This document shows, one piece after another, positions 9,648 to 19,794 of a DNA stretch of 64,000 nucleotides (the stretch's first letter is position 1; each line of letters opens with the position of its first letter). A model generated the notes under the pieces. That model made no database searches. It was not told the DNA's origin and saw nothing but the letters and a program-made list of their open reading frames with translations. Position numbers and translations under genes: made by a program. Source of the stretch: an uncultured Pseudobdellovibrionaceae bacterium (lineage in GTDB: Bacteria > Bdellovibrionota > FAC87 > UBA2466); contig CAZTDN010000008.1 in NCBI GenBank assembly GCA_964611895.1, positions 13,328 through 77,327 on the forward strand. Direction: 5' to 3'.

Positions 9648-10892
9648 ATGGGTCCATCGACGAGAATGTCTCGGCCGCGCACGCCGCCTTGGAGCGACTG
9701 GGGGTATTACCTGCTCTGCCTCGAGGCTTTGACGGCCCTGGTTTTCGTTACCTTTCGCCCCACTGCTTGGCACTACGTCATATTCTCCGAGCCCGGGCCT
9801 TTTCTATGGAATGGGGGCAACCCTTACGGACACACTTTTTCCTATGGAACTACGGGTTATTTTTATTCACCCGCCTGCGCCATGCTTTTCTTCTCCTGGT
9901 TTGCGTGGATGCCCGAGCGCATTGGCCAATTTGTGTACTTGCTCGTCTCACTCAGCATTCTCTTCCTGGGCACCCGTGCGTTCTTGCAAGCATTGCTCAC
10001 GTCGCTGGGGTGGGATTTTTGGAAAAGTCGGTACCGAAACTGGGTTTGTCTCTTAGTGAGCTCTGAGTTGATCGGATCCATCCTAACCACCAAGCTGGAG
10101 CTGCTGATGGTTGGAGTCACGCTGTACGCGTTTTCTCTTTTGCTCACCGGGCGACGCCCACTGCTCGCGGGGTTGTGCATGGGTCTACTGCTCAACTGGA
10201 AATTTCAGCCACTTCCTATTATTGGCCTCGTTACTCTCGGCCTGGGCTTTATAAACCGGAAAACAGCGATCCGGTTTGCGCTGGGCGTAGTGGCAGTGGT
10301 CATATTGTTAATGCCGCTTCCTTTCCCGTTTCAGTCTTGGGATGCGACGATCAAAATTCACTCCGCATGGAAAGAGTCGCTTAGCGCGTTCATCGAGCGT
10401 GACTGGCTCGCATTTCATCATCTTTTCACTTTCTTGAACCACGGACTCGGAATTGAGGTTCCCTACCGAATCGCACAAGGGATCAGCGCCGGGGCTGGCC
10501 TTGCTCTCGCCGCGGGACTTGCAGTGTGGCTCCAAGGAGTCCCCAGAGCAGACAAAGCGCGTCTGCAGAAAATACTCCTGATTGCGCTGACAATGGGCTG
10601 CGGCTTTATTGTCTGCCTTTCGCCGCTGAGCCAGTCCAATGCTTATATCTGGTACGCGCCCATGGTGCTGGTTTTTGCTTGGGCCGCAGAACGAACCGGC
10701 GCGAGACCTGGTTGGGTAGGGCTGGTGTTGGGGATGACTTTTATCTTGGTGTCGATCCTCTATTCAGACCTTTGCCCCAGACCCTTGTACAAACTCGTCT
10801 TCGCCAAAGGCATCAAACCCGTGGGAGCGTTGTTTCTGCTTCTGTCGACGCTATCCTTACTAAAGAGATTACGTTCTAGCGACGTCGGTTGA
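9648..10892 (+). CDS. Polytopic membrane protein, DUF2029/GT-C (GT87-like) glycosyltransferase-like
   Basis: 414 aa with about 10 TM helices. Conserved loop GNPYGHTFSYGTTGYFYSPACAMLFF resembles the DUF2029 mannosyltransferase-like family. Start uncertain (9648 or 9666). Confidence 0.4.
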   Translation: MGPSTRMSRPRTPPWSDWGYYLLCLEALTALVFVTFRPTAWHYVIFSEPGPFLWNGGNPYGHTFSYGTTGYFYSPACAMLFFSWFAWMPERIGQFVYLLVSLSILFLGTRAFLQALLTSLGWDFWKSRYRNWVCLLVSSELIGSILTTKLELLMVGVTLYAFSLLLTGRRPLLAGLCMGLLLNWKFQPLPIIGLVTLGLGFINRKTAIRFALGVVAVVILLMPLPFPFQSWDATIKIHSAWKESLSAFIERDWLAFHHLFTFLNHGLGIEVPYRIAQGISAGAGLALAAGLAVWLQGVPRADKARLQKILLIALTMGCGFIVCLSPLSQSNAYIWYAPMVLVFAWAAERTGARPGWVGLVLGMTFILVSILYSDLCPRPLYKLVFAKGIKPVGALFLLLSTLSLLKRLRSSDVG

Positions 10893-12003
10893 GGGAATTA
10901 GGAGTTCGGCCGGACTTTTTGTATAGAGCATCCACAGCGGCCTGCTGATCCCGCTGGTGCTGCTCCCCCACGGAGAATCCCAGAGTGTACATTCCCCAAA
11001 GAGACGCTCCAATGCCCACTGCGATGGCCCAGGGGATCCATTTGGCGGGAGCACGCAAAGGTTTGAGCTCCTGCAGTGCTATTTTAGACTCCAAAAGCAC
11101 TTCCTCGTCGAGAAAGCGCAGAATCAGTTCTTCTGGGCGGCTGCTGTAAGTAGGCCCCAGAAATTTTTCCAACTCAGCAATGAGCTCGCGAACCCCCTCG
11201 TAGCGAGCATCGGGATCTTGTTTGAGGCACCGAGTGACAATGCGATCCAGAACCACCGGTATTTTGGCGTTCATCTTCCGAGCCGGAACGTATTTTGCTT
11301 CTCGAATGCTTTGAAAAACCGTCCCTCCCCCTTCTGCTTTGAATGGGCGACTTCCCGTCAGCATTTCGTAAAAACTGATCCCCAGTAAAAAGAGATCCGA
11401 CTGGGGGGTGATTACATCGCCCAGGACTTGTTCGGGAGAGAGATAGCTTGGGGAACCCACCATCATCCCAGGCCGGGTCAGCGAAGTGTCTTCTACTTGG
11501 AGAGCAATTCCAAAATCCATCAGCTTGACGCCCCCTCGGGACGTTAGACGAATGTTGGATGGCTTGATGTCGCGATGAATAAGCCCATTGGCATGAATGT
11601 GGTAGAGCCCACGCGCGATACCCAACGCGATCGCAGCTGCTACCTCGGGGGGTAAAGCGCCCAGCTTTTCGATTGCGGTGGAAAGATCGATTCCTTCAAT
11701 GTGCTCCATTAGGATATAGGCTTCGCCGGGAGCCTCGATGAAATCGTACACATGGGCAATGTTCTGATGCAGAACACTCGCCAAGGCGCGCGCCTCTCTG
11801 CGAAAACGTTCGATGGCATCTTCGTTTCTCAGCAAATCCTCTTTGAGTCGTTTGATCACGACAAAGCGACCGAGCGCCGGTTGAAAAGCGCGGAACACGT
11901 AGGCCATTCCACCCGTAGCAATAAGCTGCACTTGCTCCAATTGGCTGCGTAGTGCACTCGAGTTTAAGTCGGGTGCCTGTGGAGGTGGTGAATTCTGGTT
12001 CAT
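10876..12003 (-). CDS. Hanks-type serine/threonine protein kinase with C-terminal TM anchor
   Basis: 375 aa. ATP-binding VIKRLK, catalytic loop HRDIKPSNIRL, DFGIA, SPE motif. One TM helix after the kinase domain (WIPWAIAVGIGASLWGMYTLGF). Confidence 0.85.
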   Translation of the reverse strand: MNQNSPPPQAPDLNSSALRSQLEQVQLIATGGMAYVFRAFQPALGRFVVIKRLKEDLLRNEDAIERFRREARALASVLHQNIAHVYDFIEAPGEAYILMEHIEGIDLSTAIEKLGALPPEVAAAIALGIARGLYHIHANGLIHRDIKPSNIRLTSRGGVKLMDFGIALQVEDTSLTRPGMMVGSPSYLSPEQVLGDVITPQSDLFLLGISFYEMLTGSRPFKAEGGGTVFQSIREAKYVPARKMNAKIPVVLDRIVTRCLKQDPDARYEGVRELIAELEKFLGPTYSSRPEELILRFLDEEVLLESKIALQELKPLRAPAKWIPWAIAVGIGASLWGMYTLGFSVGEQHQRDQQAAVDALYKKSGRTPNSLNRRR

Positions 12004-12048
12004 AGGGAAAAGCCGTTCTCTTCACTATCGGCAGAATAGACAAAAAAG

Positions 12049-12087
12049 AAAAACGGCTTAATGCCGCAAGGCATCAAGCCGTTTTTC
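12049..12087 (-). terminator. Rho-independent terminator-like hairpin (bidirectional) between the small ORF and the kinase gene
   Basis: AAAACGGCTT-aatgccgcaaggcatc-AAGCCGTTTTT: 8-10 bp stem enclosing an inner GCAA-tetraloop hairpin, U-tract on both strands. Confidence 0.45.
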
Positions 12088-12190
12088 AAAAACCTCGCCG
12101 CCTTCCGAAGAAAGCGACGGGTGAGAGAGGAGTAGTGTAACCGCACCAGCCACCCATGTAGCTGGTACGACTGCTGCCCTAAGCAGTTCT

Positions 12191-12394
12191 TTATCTCGGA
12201 AGCTTGCGCCCCAAGAAGCTCGAAGCGTCCTGCGCTACTCCTCGTGCGCCCGACGAAAGCTGTCCCCCTGGCCCCGACCGGCTCTTTTGGAGCGGTCCGA
12301 AGACAAACAATGCGCCTAGAGTGACCAACACAGCTGAGCGGTAGATCGAAGCGATCATTCGACGCATCTGGCGATCATCTAAGTTTCTAAACAT
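12191..12394 (-). CDS. Hypothetical small single-TM membrane protein (67 aa)
   Basis: GAGG 5 nt upstream of the ATG. One hydrophobic helix (SAVLVTLGALFVFGPL). Followed downstream by the terminator hairpin at 12049-12087. Sits in a 600-bp intergenic region. Confidence 0.3.
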   Translation of the reverse strand: MFRNLDDRQMRRMIASIYRSAVLVTLGALFVFGPLQKSRSGPGGQLSSGARGVAQDASSFLGRKLPR

Positions 12395-12600
12395 AAAACC
12401 TCAGTGCGGTGGGCTCTCACCACCGCAGGGGACACCTATTGCAACCTGTGCCAGTATTCATGTAGTACACGCCTACCCACCCACAAACCCATGATTTCAA
12501 ACAGGAAAATCTCCTGATTTTCGAGGTTTTTTGAAAAGTCTAAGTTTTAGACAACTGTCAAATTGTTAGACACAGCGACAATGCGCGGTACCATTATTGG

Positions 12601-13617
12601 ATGAACGTACTGTTCGTAGGAAATACCGATAGCACATCGACTTCTCAGTTCTATTGCTCCTCGATGCGCCAACTTGGTCATGAGGTCCGCGCCTGGGACC
12701 CCGGATTTCTCACCCCTCGCAGCATTCTCGAGCGCATCACACAGAAATTGCGCGGAGCCCCTGCCCCTTCAAAGGTTCGCGCATTGAACCAGCGTTTCAT
12801 TCAACTCTGCCGGGAAGGTAGGTTTGATCTGGTCTTCGTGATGGGGGAAACCTACCTTTCCCAAGAAGCTCTAGAAACCGCCAGGAAATCTACTTCGAAT
12901 CCACGGCTGGTTTTTCACTCCCACGACAATCTTTTCTTTCACGAGCTTTTTAAAGCTCCCGATTTTTTTGAGACGCTTGCTACTTACAGCGCAGTTTTTA
13001 CCACCAAGTCACAGAACGTAGTTCGCTACCAGCAGCTGGGCCAGGCAAATAGCTACTACATTCCCAGCGCGTTTGAACCTTCGCTCCACCGCCCCATTCC
13101 CCAGAACGAGAGTCAGATCGGCCGCGAATACGACGTCACTTTTATCGGAACCTATGATGACTCTCGAGTGCGCTGGCTGAACCAAGCTGGATGGGAACGC
13201 CTCCACGTGTGGGGAAATGACTGGAAGAGATTTCCACAGTTCAATCAATATCAGGATCGAATAGAACCCCGGGCAGTTTACTACACCCGACTCGCTGACT
13301 TGTTTAGTCGCAGCCGCTGTTCCTTGGGGCTGCTAAGAGAGGAGGCCGGAGATCTTCACACTCAGCGCACTTTCGAAATTCCCGCCTGCGGAAGCTTGCA
13401 ATTTGCTCCTCGAAACGCAGAAATCCAGACTTTTTTTGAGGAAGGCAAGGAAATCGTGCTTTTTGACTCTCCTGAAGAGCTCAAAGACAAGCTCGATTAC
13501 TACCTATCGAACGAGAGCGAGCGCCGCAGCATTGCGCGAGCAGGCCACCAGCGCTGCCTAATGGGAGGCCATACCTACTTGGACCGAGTTCAAACTATCT
13601 TACAATCTATCGACTGA
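12601..13617 (+). CDS. CgeB-like glycosyltransferase (DUF3880 plus Glyco_trans_1_2-like C-terminal domain)
   Basis: 338 aa. N-terminal MNVLFVGN...; C-terminal FEIPACGSLQF...EIVLFDSPEELKDKLDYYLSNESERRSIARAGHQR typical of the CgeB/spore-maturation GT family. Confidence 0.55.
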   Translation: MNVLFVGNTDSTSTSQFYCSSMRQLGHEVRAWDPGFLTPRSILERITQKLRGAPAPSKVRALNQRFIQLCREGRFDLVFVMGETYLSQEALETARKSTSNPRLVFHSHDNLFFHELFKAPDFFETLATYSAVFTTKSQNVVRYQQLGQANSYYIPSAFEPSLHRPIPQNESQIGREYDVTFIGTYDDSRVRWLNQAGWERLHVWGNDWKRFPQFNQYQDRIEPRAVYYTRLADLFSRSRCSLGLLREEAGDLHTQRTFEIPACGSLQFAPRNAEIQTFFEEGKEIVLFDSPEELKDKLDYYLSNESERRSIARAGHQRCLMGGHTYLDRVQTILQSID

Positions 13618-15004
13618 ATTTTTTGAATTGGAATCGATTTTCCCTCGGCAGAAAGGCAAGTTCAACTCGCACCTTCAGACGGCCTGAGTGGGCTTCTAGG
13701 TACCAACCTCCCTTCGAGTCTTTTTTCACTAACTCAGAGGCAAGTCTACCCGACACGATCTGCCCGAAACGCTCAAAAATCTGCGTACGCAGTGCCGCAA
13801 AGTCTTTGGGGTTTTCGTGCATCAGCTTCTCCATGAAATGGTGCAGAACTCCGCCGGGCTGTCGACTCTGAGCCGCAACTCCAGCCAAAAGCGCCAATTC
13901 TTCATCGTTAAGTTTCAACTCCGGCTTCGCTTCACCTAACTGACCGCGGAAAACAACGCGTTCCGTGGAAGGGACAATTTCTGGTTTTCTCAACAGCTGC
14001 TTGGTGAGCGCGGAAAACTTTCTTTCCACCGTAGCCAGCCCCAGTTTTTTGAGTTCTCGGGGAGAATGATGAAACTCGCGTTTGAGTCCTTTTCGAACAT
14101 GGAGCATAAAAAAGGCGTCTAAAAAGCTCCAGCACCCATGCGCGTCTAGCTCCTCCGCCTCCGCAACCCTGCGGAGCAGATGAGAGTGCTCTGCGAAAAA
14201 GTTATCAAAACGAAAGTCCTGGACCTGCGCAGTGAGCAGAGGATCACTCAGAACTCCTTCGCCAAAAGCATCGATTCTTCTCTGATGAAAATCGGCATAC
14301 CAAGCATAGAGTCGAGAGTAAGCACGCGAACCGGGTCCGTAGAGCAAGTCACCTGCTAAGAAGGCCTTTACCTCGTCCCGGCTCATGTCGTTGCGAAAAA
14401 ATAGAGTTTCCTGCTTCCAGAGCAAGAAGTTTTCCAAAGCGTTTTGCCAAGCCGGTTCCTTCGGAACCGCTGCCGTTATAAACAAATAAAACAAATCGAC
14501 ATTTTCATCGTCCTGCCGAGGAAAAGGGACGAGATCTTCGGCTTTTGGCGCCGGCAAACCGGCCAAGGCACGAGCGAACTCTAGCTGCGCTTCGAATTCA
14601 AGCTCAGTAGCAGGTGGTACATGGCGATTCAGCCACCCCAAAACCCCAAAACTTTCCCATTCCTTTCCTGTGTTGGGCATTTCAAAGGAGGCAGGTTGGT
14701 AGGCCCGCGGATTGTTCATCTCGCTGGCCAGCCCCTCCCAAAGTTCTGGAGTCAGTTTCTCAACAATGTTCCACAGAGCGAACGTCCGCCACGCGTCCTC
14801 GTAGGTATTTCTGTCGAGAAAGGTTTTTCGAACTTCATTGATAGAAAGGGGAGAATTAGAAAACGCTTCTTGAAAAGCAGGACTCTCTACCAGAATGAGG
14901 TAGTGGCAAAGGACGGGGGGGAGTTGAATATCTACGTTATCGTTCGACTTCGCCGCTGGGGAAACCATCCCCCAAAAAACCAATATGAAAATCGCCGCCC
15001 GCAT
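13607..15004 (-). CDS. Secreted hypothetical protein (about 465 aa mature), no recognisable domain
   Basis: ORF 13607..15091. Most plausible start is MRAAIFILVFWGMVSPAAKS (signal-peptide-like) at 15004, with AGGAG 6 nt upstream. Last gene of the minus-strand operon 20286->13607. Confidence 0.5.
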   Translation of the reverse strand: MRAAIFILVFWGMVSPAAKSNDNVDIQLPPVLCHYLILVESPAFQEAFSNSPLSINEVRKTFLDRNTYEDAWRTFALWNIVEKLTPELWEGLASEMNNPRAYQPASFEMPNTGKEWESFGVLGWLNRHVPPATELEFEAQLEFARALAGLPAPKAEDLVPFPRQDDENVDLFYLFITAAVPKEPAWQNALENFLLWKQETLFFRNDMSRDEVKAFLAGDLLYGPGSRAYSRLYAWYADFHQRRIDAFGEGVLSDPLLTAQVQDFRFDNFFAEHSHLLRRVAEAEELDAHGCWSFLDAFFMLHVRKGLKREFHHSPRELKKLGLATVERKFSALTKQLLRKPEIVPSTERVVFRGQLGEAKPELKLNDEELALLAGVAAQSRQPGGVLHHFMEKLMHENPKDFAALRTQIFERFGQIVSGRLASELVKKDSKGGWYLEAHSGRLKVRVELAFLPRENRFQFKKFSR

Positions 15005-15096
15005 GAGATCTCCTGCAAAAAAGTAAGGCGGGAACATAGCGGAGCTGCCTGGCAATCTCAACGGCAAAATATACGCTGTAACTCTGGGCACTTAAC

Positions 15097-15510
15097 TCAG
15101 GGCAGGAACCTCTCATCGGCCCCCGAGGCCATGAAACACTGCTGCCTGCCAAAAACAGCCCAGCGATGACGGGCGATCCAGTTATATAGAGTATCCGCCC
15201 ACCCTCGCGGAATCCCTCCCAACACCCAGCCCAGACCCGCCGGCATTCCACCGCAAGCGCGCAAAAGACGCACCACCGCTTCGGATCTAAAGTAACGCTC
15301 TCCTCGCTCCCAATACACGAGGGTCGCAGCCTCTCCCTGGGGAAAGTCGAACATCAAAGCTCTGGCGGTGACTCCTTGCAATGGCGCAAAGGCTAGCCTG
15401 TGGCGTCTATCCAACCAGATCAACACTCCAACGGTGCGATTGCAAAAAACACACTCCCCATCAAAGAAAACGATTCTGCGATTGAGATTTGGTATTACGT
15501 CTGAAGCCAC
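15097..15510 (-). CDS. DCC1-like thiol-disulfide oxidoreductase (DUF393)
   Basis: 137 aa. N-terminal FFDGECVFCN (CxxC) motif characteristic of the DUF393/DCC family. Confidence 0.6.
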   Translation of the reverse strand: MASDVIPNLNRRIVFFDGECVFCNRTVGVLIWLDRRHRLAFAPLQGVTARALMFDFPQGEAATLVYWERGERYFRSEAVVRLLRACGGMPAGLGWVLGGIPRGWADTLYNWIARHRWAVFGRQQCFMASGADERFLP

Positions 15511-16598
15511 TGCGCCACGCTCGCTAGATGGAATCCTGGATTCATCTTGCTCGAAAATTCTTCGTACAACTGGGACAGGGTTTGGGGGGGCATTTCCAAA
15601 GCGGACTCCATTCCATGCCGGAGGCTTTCAAAATCTGCCCCAACCGGAAAGTACGGCGCTAGGTCGATGGTTTTGGTCACTTGAGTTGCTAGCACGGGCA
15701 CACCGTAACGAAGCGCTTCGACGGTTTTGACTGGGAACGCGCCGTCTTGGGTGCGGTTGGCTCGGTAAAAAAGCACTGCCAACCGGAGTTTTTTCCAAAC
15801 AGACGCGACCTGGTTCCTAGGAACCCAAGGAAAATAATGAAAGTTAGTATACTTTTTCCAGCTTTCGAGGACTTCCATCCCCTTGGCGTCCGTTCGCCCC
15901 ATCAGCACAAAGCCCCATTGGGGATACTCTTGGATGAACTTTTCAAAGAGTTCAAAATCAAATCCTTCATAGAAGAACGAACCGACATATCCCATGACTT
16001 CCGGAGGGAATCCGTCGGGGAAAAACACCTCCGCTTTGGCTTCTGTTTCATTTGCGGTGAACTCCATAGGCGGCAGCAGCGTGTGGACTTTAGATGCATG
16101 TTCCGCCAAGAATTTACTGGCCGTGGTGTTCTGGCACACGATCACCCGAGCCTTACGACAAAGCGCACCGGCTGCTGTGTGGCGATAAGGATCATCAAAA
16201 ACCGAAAACACGTCGACGTAGGGAAGCCGTTCAGCGAGAGACTCGTCCAGCCCTCCCTGCACCCAAATAACCGGGTTGCCTCCAAGCTTGGCGATTTGCT
16301 TTTCGATCAGCAGCTTTTGCCGCTTGAGATCAAACTGGCGAATCCACGGCACGCGTTGCATCGGCAAAATCGGCAACTGTGCGACGTGGAGTTTGGGGTG
16401 GGTTTCAACAACAGGCACGTACGACCGCCACCCTGCCCCGTCCAGCCAAACCACATCCACACCGTTTCTAACCAAAGTGTAAGCAAGGGACTGCTGAACA
16501 AACCCGTGCTTTTCCCAAAAACGGCAATAACTCAAAAATAAAACGCCGCGCCGGTGGCGGTAGTAGCGAAGAACTGTATCTAGGTTAGCTCTGGACAT
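15495..16598 (-). CDS. Glycosyltransferase (GT-B fold, GT1/GT4-like)
   Basis: 367 aa. C-terminal [13 protein letters not shown] nucleotide-sugar-binding-like motif. Overlaps neighbours by 16 and 14 nt. Confidence 0.6.
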   Translation of the reverse strand: MSRANLDTVLRYYRHRRGVLFLSYCRFWEKHGFVQQSLAYTLVRNGVDVVWLDGAGWRSYVPVVETHPKLHVAQLPILPMQRVPWIRQFDLKRQKLLIEKQIAKLGGNPVIWVQGGLDESLAERLPYVDVFSVFDDPYRHTAAGALCRKARVIVCQNTTASKFLAEHASKVHTLLPPMEFTANETEAKAEVFFPDGFPPEVMGYVGSFFYEGFDFELFEKFIQEYPQWGFVLMGRTDAKGMEVLESWKKYTNFHYFPWVPRNQVASVWKKLRLAVLFYRANRTQDGAFPVKTVEALRYGVPVLATQVTKTIDLAPYFPVGADFESLRHGMESALEMPPQTLSQLYEEFSSKMNPGFHLASVAQWLQT

Positions 16599-17937
16599 CC
16601 GTATCCATCACGAACTCGTCTTCCTCGTGTTCTTCTTCAGGAAGAGTGAGCACGTCTAGTTTCGCGTTATAGGACAAAACTTCCGCATAGCGGCCAAACG
16701 CCACTAGCGTATCAAAAAGCGAATCTAGTTTCTCGTTCGGGAAATAGGTCTGTAAACGAGAAATAACGGCTTCACGCTCGATTTCATGATTGGGGCTTTG
16801 CTCCAGCCAGGCTAATAGGGTCTGAATGATACGTAGGCTTTTGACCTGGTTTGAAAACAATACTTTTCTGTCGGCAGAGTCAGAACGGACGAACTTTTTA
16901 CCAAAATCGGTGAACACGACTAATTGTTTAGGGGTTTCGACAAAGTCTAGAATTTCCGCCGTTTTGGTCACTGCAAGAGAATGGCCGAACTCGCTCTCTG
17001 TTTCGTTGGCGAGTTTAAAAATATCCATTTTGCCGCCAGCATCATCCAGCACTTCTAGCAAACCGATGACTTCGGAGGGAGAAACTGGGGGGAGGTTTTC
17101 CAAACCTTGGTACCAAGACGGCTGAGAAAGCGCTGGGCGTTCTGTCTCCTCGGGAATCAAGGCTTCGGTTAAAACGGAGTGGATGACGTTGATCAACTCC
17201 TGAATTTTTGGATCTTTTGGATCCCGCGGGTGCGCCAAGGGATTGGTCAATACGGTACGGATATGGCCGGGATCGGCTCCAAACACAAAAATTCTCTGGG
17301 CCATCATCACTGCCTCAAAGATATCATGCGTTACCATCACCACGCTCTTTACGGCTTTACTACGCTCTTGCCAGATATCAATGACTTCGGACCGCATCGT
17401 CTCCGCCGTCAAAACATCGACAGCGCTAAAGGGTTCATCCAAAACCAAGACCTCGGGCCGTACCGCCAACGCTCGCGCGATACCCACCCTCTGTCGCATC
17501 CCGCCCGAAAGTTCTCTGGGATACGCTTCTTCGAACCCCCCCAGGCCTACCATTTCAATGCTTTCTTCAACGCGCGTATCGATCTGGCGGTAGTTCAGGC
17601 CCAGGTGGTGCAATCCCAGACTTACGTTTTGCTCGACGGTAAACCAGGGCAGGAGCGCAAAATTTTGGAAAACCATCGCTAATCGCTCATTGATCCCGGT
17701 CAGTGGCTTGCCATGGCAGAGAACACGCCCTTCACTGGGGCGGATGAGTCCAGCCATAATCTTTATCGTAGTGGTCTTGCCGCACCCTGACGGCCCCAGA
17801 AAGGCGACAATCTCACCCTCTTGAACAGAAATATTGATGTTCTTTAAAACCTGGATCTCTCGCCCTCGCTCCAGCTGAAAGCTGTGCGAGATCCGTTCTA
17901 GAGCCAAAAGGGGTTCATGTGTTTTGGTTGTCGACAT
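16585..17937 (-). CDS. ABC transporter ATP-binding protein (NitT/TauT-type) with about 190-aa C-terminal accessory domain
   Basis: Walker [13 protein letters not shown] signature LSGGMRQR, Walker B VLVLDEP, H-loop VTHD. The residues after about 260 have no transporter motif (AAA-associated-C-like). Confidence 0.85.
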   Translation of the reverse strand: MSTTKTHEPLLALERISHSFQLERGREIQVLKNINISVQEGEIVAFLGPSGCGKTTTIKIMAGLIRPSEGRVLCHGKPLTGINERLAMVFQNFALLPWFTVEQNVSLGLHHLGLNYRQIDTRVEESIEMVGLGGFEEAYPRELSGGMRQRVGIARALAVRPEVLVLDEPFSAVDVLTAETMRSEVIDIWQERSKAVKSVVMVTHDIFEAVMMAQRIFVFGADPGHIRTVLTNPLAHPRDPKDPKIQELINVIHSVLTEALIPEETERPALSQPSWYQGLENLPPVSPSEVIGLLEVLDDAGGKMDIFKLANETESEFGHSLAVTKTAEILDFVETPKQLVVFTDFGKKFVRSDSADRKVLFSNQVKSLRIIQTLLAWLEQSPNHEIEREAVISRLQTYFPNEKLDSLFDTLVAFGRYAEVLSYNAKLDVLTLPEEEHEEDEFVMDTDVQS

Positions 17938-17943
17938 ATTCCA

Positions 17944-19692
17944 CTAACTATCAAACCGAAACTTGGTCTCGGCCAAACGATACAAACTTCCCCAAAAAAA
18001 CCGGTTCAGCAAAACTACCGTGGTTACCATCACCAAGATCGCCCCAGCCAAAACAGGAAAATTACCCTGTTGCGCCGCTATAGTGATCGCAGAGCCAATG
18101 CCGGTCGCTACCACGGTCTTATCACCGAGTTGGATGATCTCAGACACAATGCACGCATTCCAAGCCCCGCCTGCTGCGGTAATCCAACCATTCAGCAAGG
18201 ACGGAAAAATAGCCGGCACAACAATCGAGCGCCAATAATGCCAACCTCTGAGCTGAAACACTTCGGCAACATCGAGAATCTGACGCGGAATTTGAGTCGC
18301 GCCACTGATAACGTTGAATAGGATATACCATTGTGACGCGAACAGCATCAGTACAACCGCCCCTATTTCCACGCTCAGTCCGGCCGCCAAAAACAGCGAA
18401 GCCAAAATGGGAAAGAGCATCGGCGCCGGAAAGGAGGCTACTATCTGCACCAAGGGTTGCATCCGCGTGGTCCATTTCGGATTAGTGCCGATGAAAACCC
18501 CCACTGGAATAGTCCAAAGACTCCCGATGACTACCGCTGCTATCACCCTGAGAAACGTAAAAAAAGTATCGCGGAAATACTGCAGCCACACCGCGCCCGG
18601 TGTGGCAACCATCAGGTCTCCCATGATCCGAATCCCGTAAACAAACGCAAGAATGCCCAAGCCGATTAAACTCAAGCGAATCAATAGCGGAAAACTCGAA
18701 CGTAGCCTTCGATCCACCGCGGGATTCCAAGAGTGCTCGGTCACCGTATTCACGCTCTTTTGAATTTCCCGTTTCCACTCCTGCGCTTTGCTCTCAAAGA
18801 ATGCCAGCACTCGAGATTTTTTGAGCCAATCCAAAACAAACGAACGTCCCCGCGCACTGGGGTCGGCATCCATCTTGAACCGCTCAGACCACACGACCAG
18901 CGGAGCCCAAATGCACCGGTCCATCACGATGATGAGCGCGAACATGATAGCGATACCCGCGAAAATAGCTTGGGTATCCTGTCGTTCATAAGCCACCGCC
19001 ATATAGGAGCCGATACCGGGCAGACGGAAGTCGTTATCCCCTAGAGAAAAGGACTCTATTACCATCAGAAAAAACCAACCACCCGCCATGGACAGCATGC
19101 TGTTCCAAAGTAGTCCATTGGCGGCGAAGGGGATTTCTACTTTTTTGAGAGTATCCAGCCGATTGAGGTGGAAGACTTTGCTCATATCGCGCAGCTCGCC
19201 GGGAACCGTTTTGAGCGAAGAGTAGAAACTAAAGACCATATTCCATCCCTGACCGGTAAAGATCATCAGGATCGCAGCCAGCTCCAGACCCAAATTCGAG
19301 TTGGGAAACAGCCCAACCAAAGCAAGAACCAATCCTGGCATAAAACCCAGGACGGGAACGCTCTGCAAAATATCCAAAAGCGGAATGAGTATGGGCTCGG
19401 CCAAACGAGACTTTGCCGCCATGTAGCCGTAGAACAGGGTAAAGAGGAGGGAAAAAAGGTAACCCAGAGAGACTCGAACGAGTGAAAAAAATGCGTAACG
19501 AACCAGCGAACCTAAACCCAGATCGATTTCAGTACGGGGTCGAAAGGGCCCTGCCCATTCTTGGGCAACAGCCACCAGAAAATAGATAACTACAGCCAGA
19601 CCAATAAGCAAAAACACGTCGACAAGAGAAAACGCCCTCCCAACCCTGACTCGAGCGTGGATCAAACTCACAGCGCGCTCCTCGACATGCAA
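17944..19692 (-). CDS. ABC transporter permease, fused tandem transmembrane domains (NitT/TauT-type)
   Basis: 582 aa, about 12 TM helices. Two BPD-transporter-like halves, each with an EAA-like loop. Confidence 0.8.
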   Translation of the reverse strand: MHVEERAVSLIHARVRVGRAFSLVDVFLLIGLAVVIYFLVAVAQEWAGPFRPRTEIDLGLGSLVRYAFFSLVRVSLGYLFSLLFTLFYGYMAAKSRLAEPILIPLLDILQSVPVLGFMPGLVLALVGLFPNSNLGLELAAILMIFTGQGWNMVFSFYSSLKTVPGELRDMSKVFHLNRLDTLKKVEIPFAANGLLWNSMLSMAGGWFFLMVIESFSLGDNDFRLPGIGSYMAVAYERQDTQAIFAGIAIMFALIIVMDRCIWAPLVVWSERFKMDADPSARGRSFVLDWLKKSRVLAFFESKAQEWKREIQKSVNTVTEHSWNPAVDRRLRSSFPLLIRLSLIGLGILAFVYGIRIMGDLMVATPGAVWLQYFRDTFFTFLRVIAAVVIGSLWTIPVGVFIGTNPKWTTRMQPLVQIVASFPAPMLFPILASLFLAAGLSVEIGAVVLMLFASQWYILFNVISGATQIPRQILDVAEVFQLRGWHYWRSIVVPAIFPSLLNGWITAAGGAWNACIVSEIIQLGDKTVVATGIGSAITIAAQQGNFPVLAGAILVMVTTVVLLNRFFWGSLYRLAETKFRFDS

Positions 19693-19794
19693 AACCCATA
19701 GTCCGAAACCAATTCCCGGAAAATAATTAGAGTCTGTAATATCAAACGATTACGGGTTTTTGTCGAGGGAAAGTTGCCTTTGGCGCTTTGCGCC

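Noticed and set aside
9689-10384. Alternative-frame ORFs (125, 81, 110, 69 aa) inside the 9648-10892 membrane-protein gene
   Set aside because: They overlap a long hydrophobic ORF with consistent TM periodicity. No RBS or motifs. Artefacts of GC-rich sequence.
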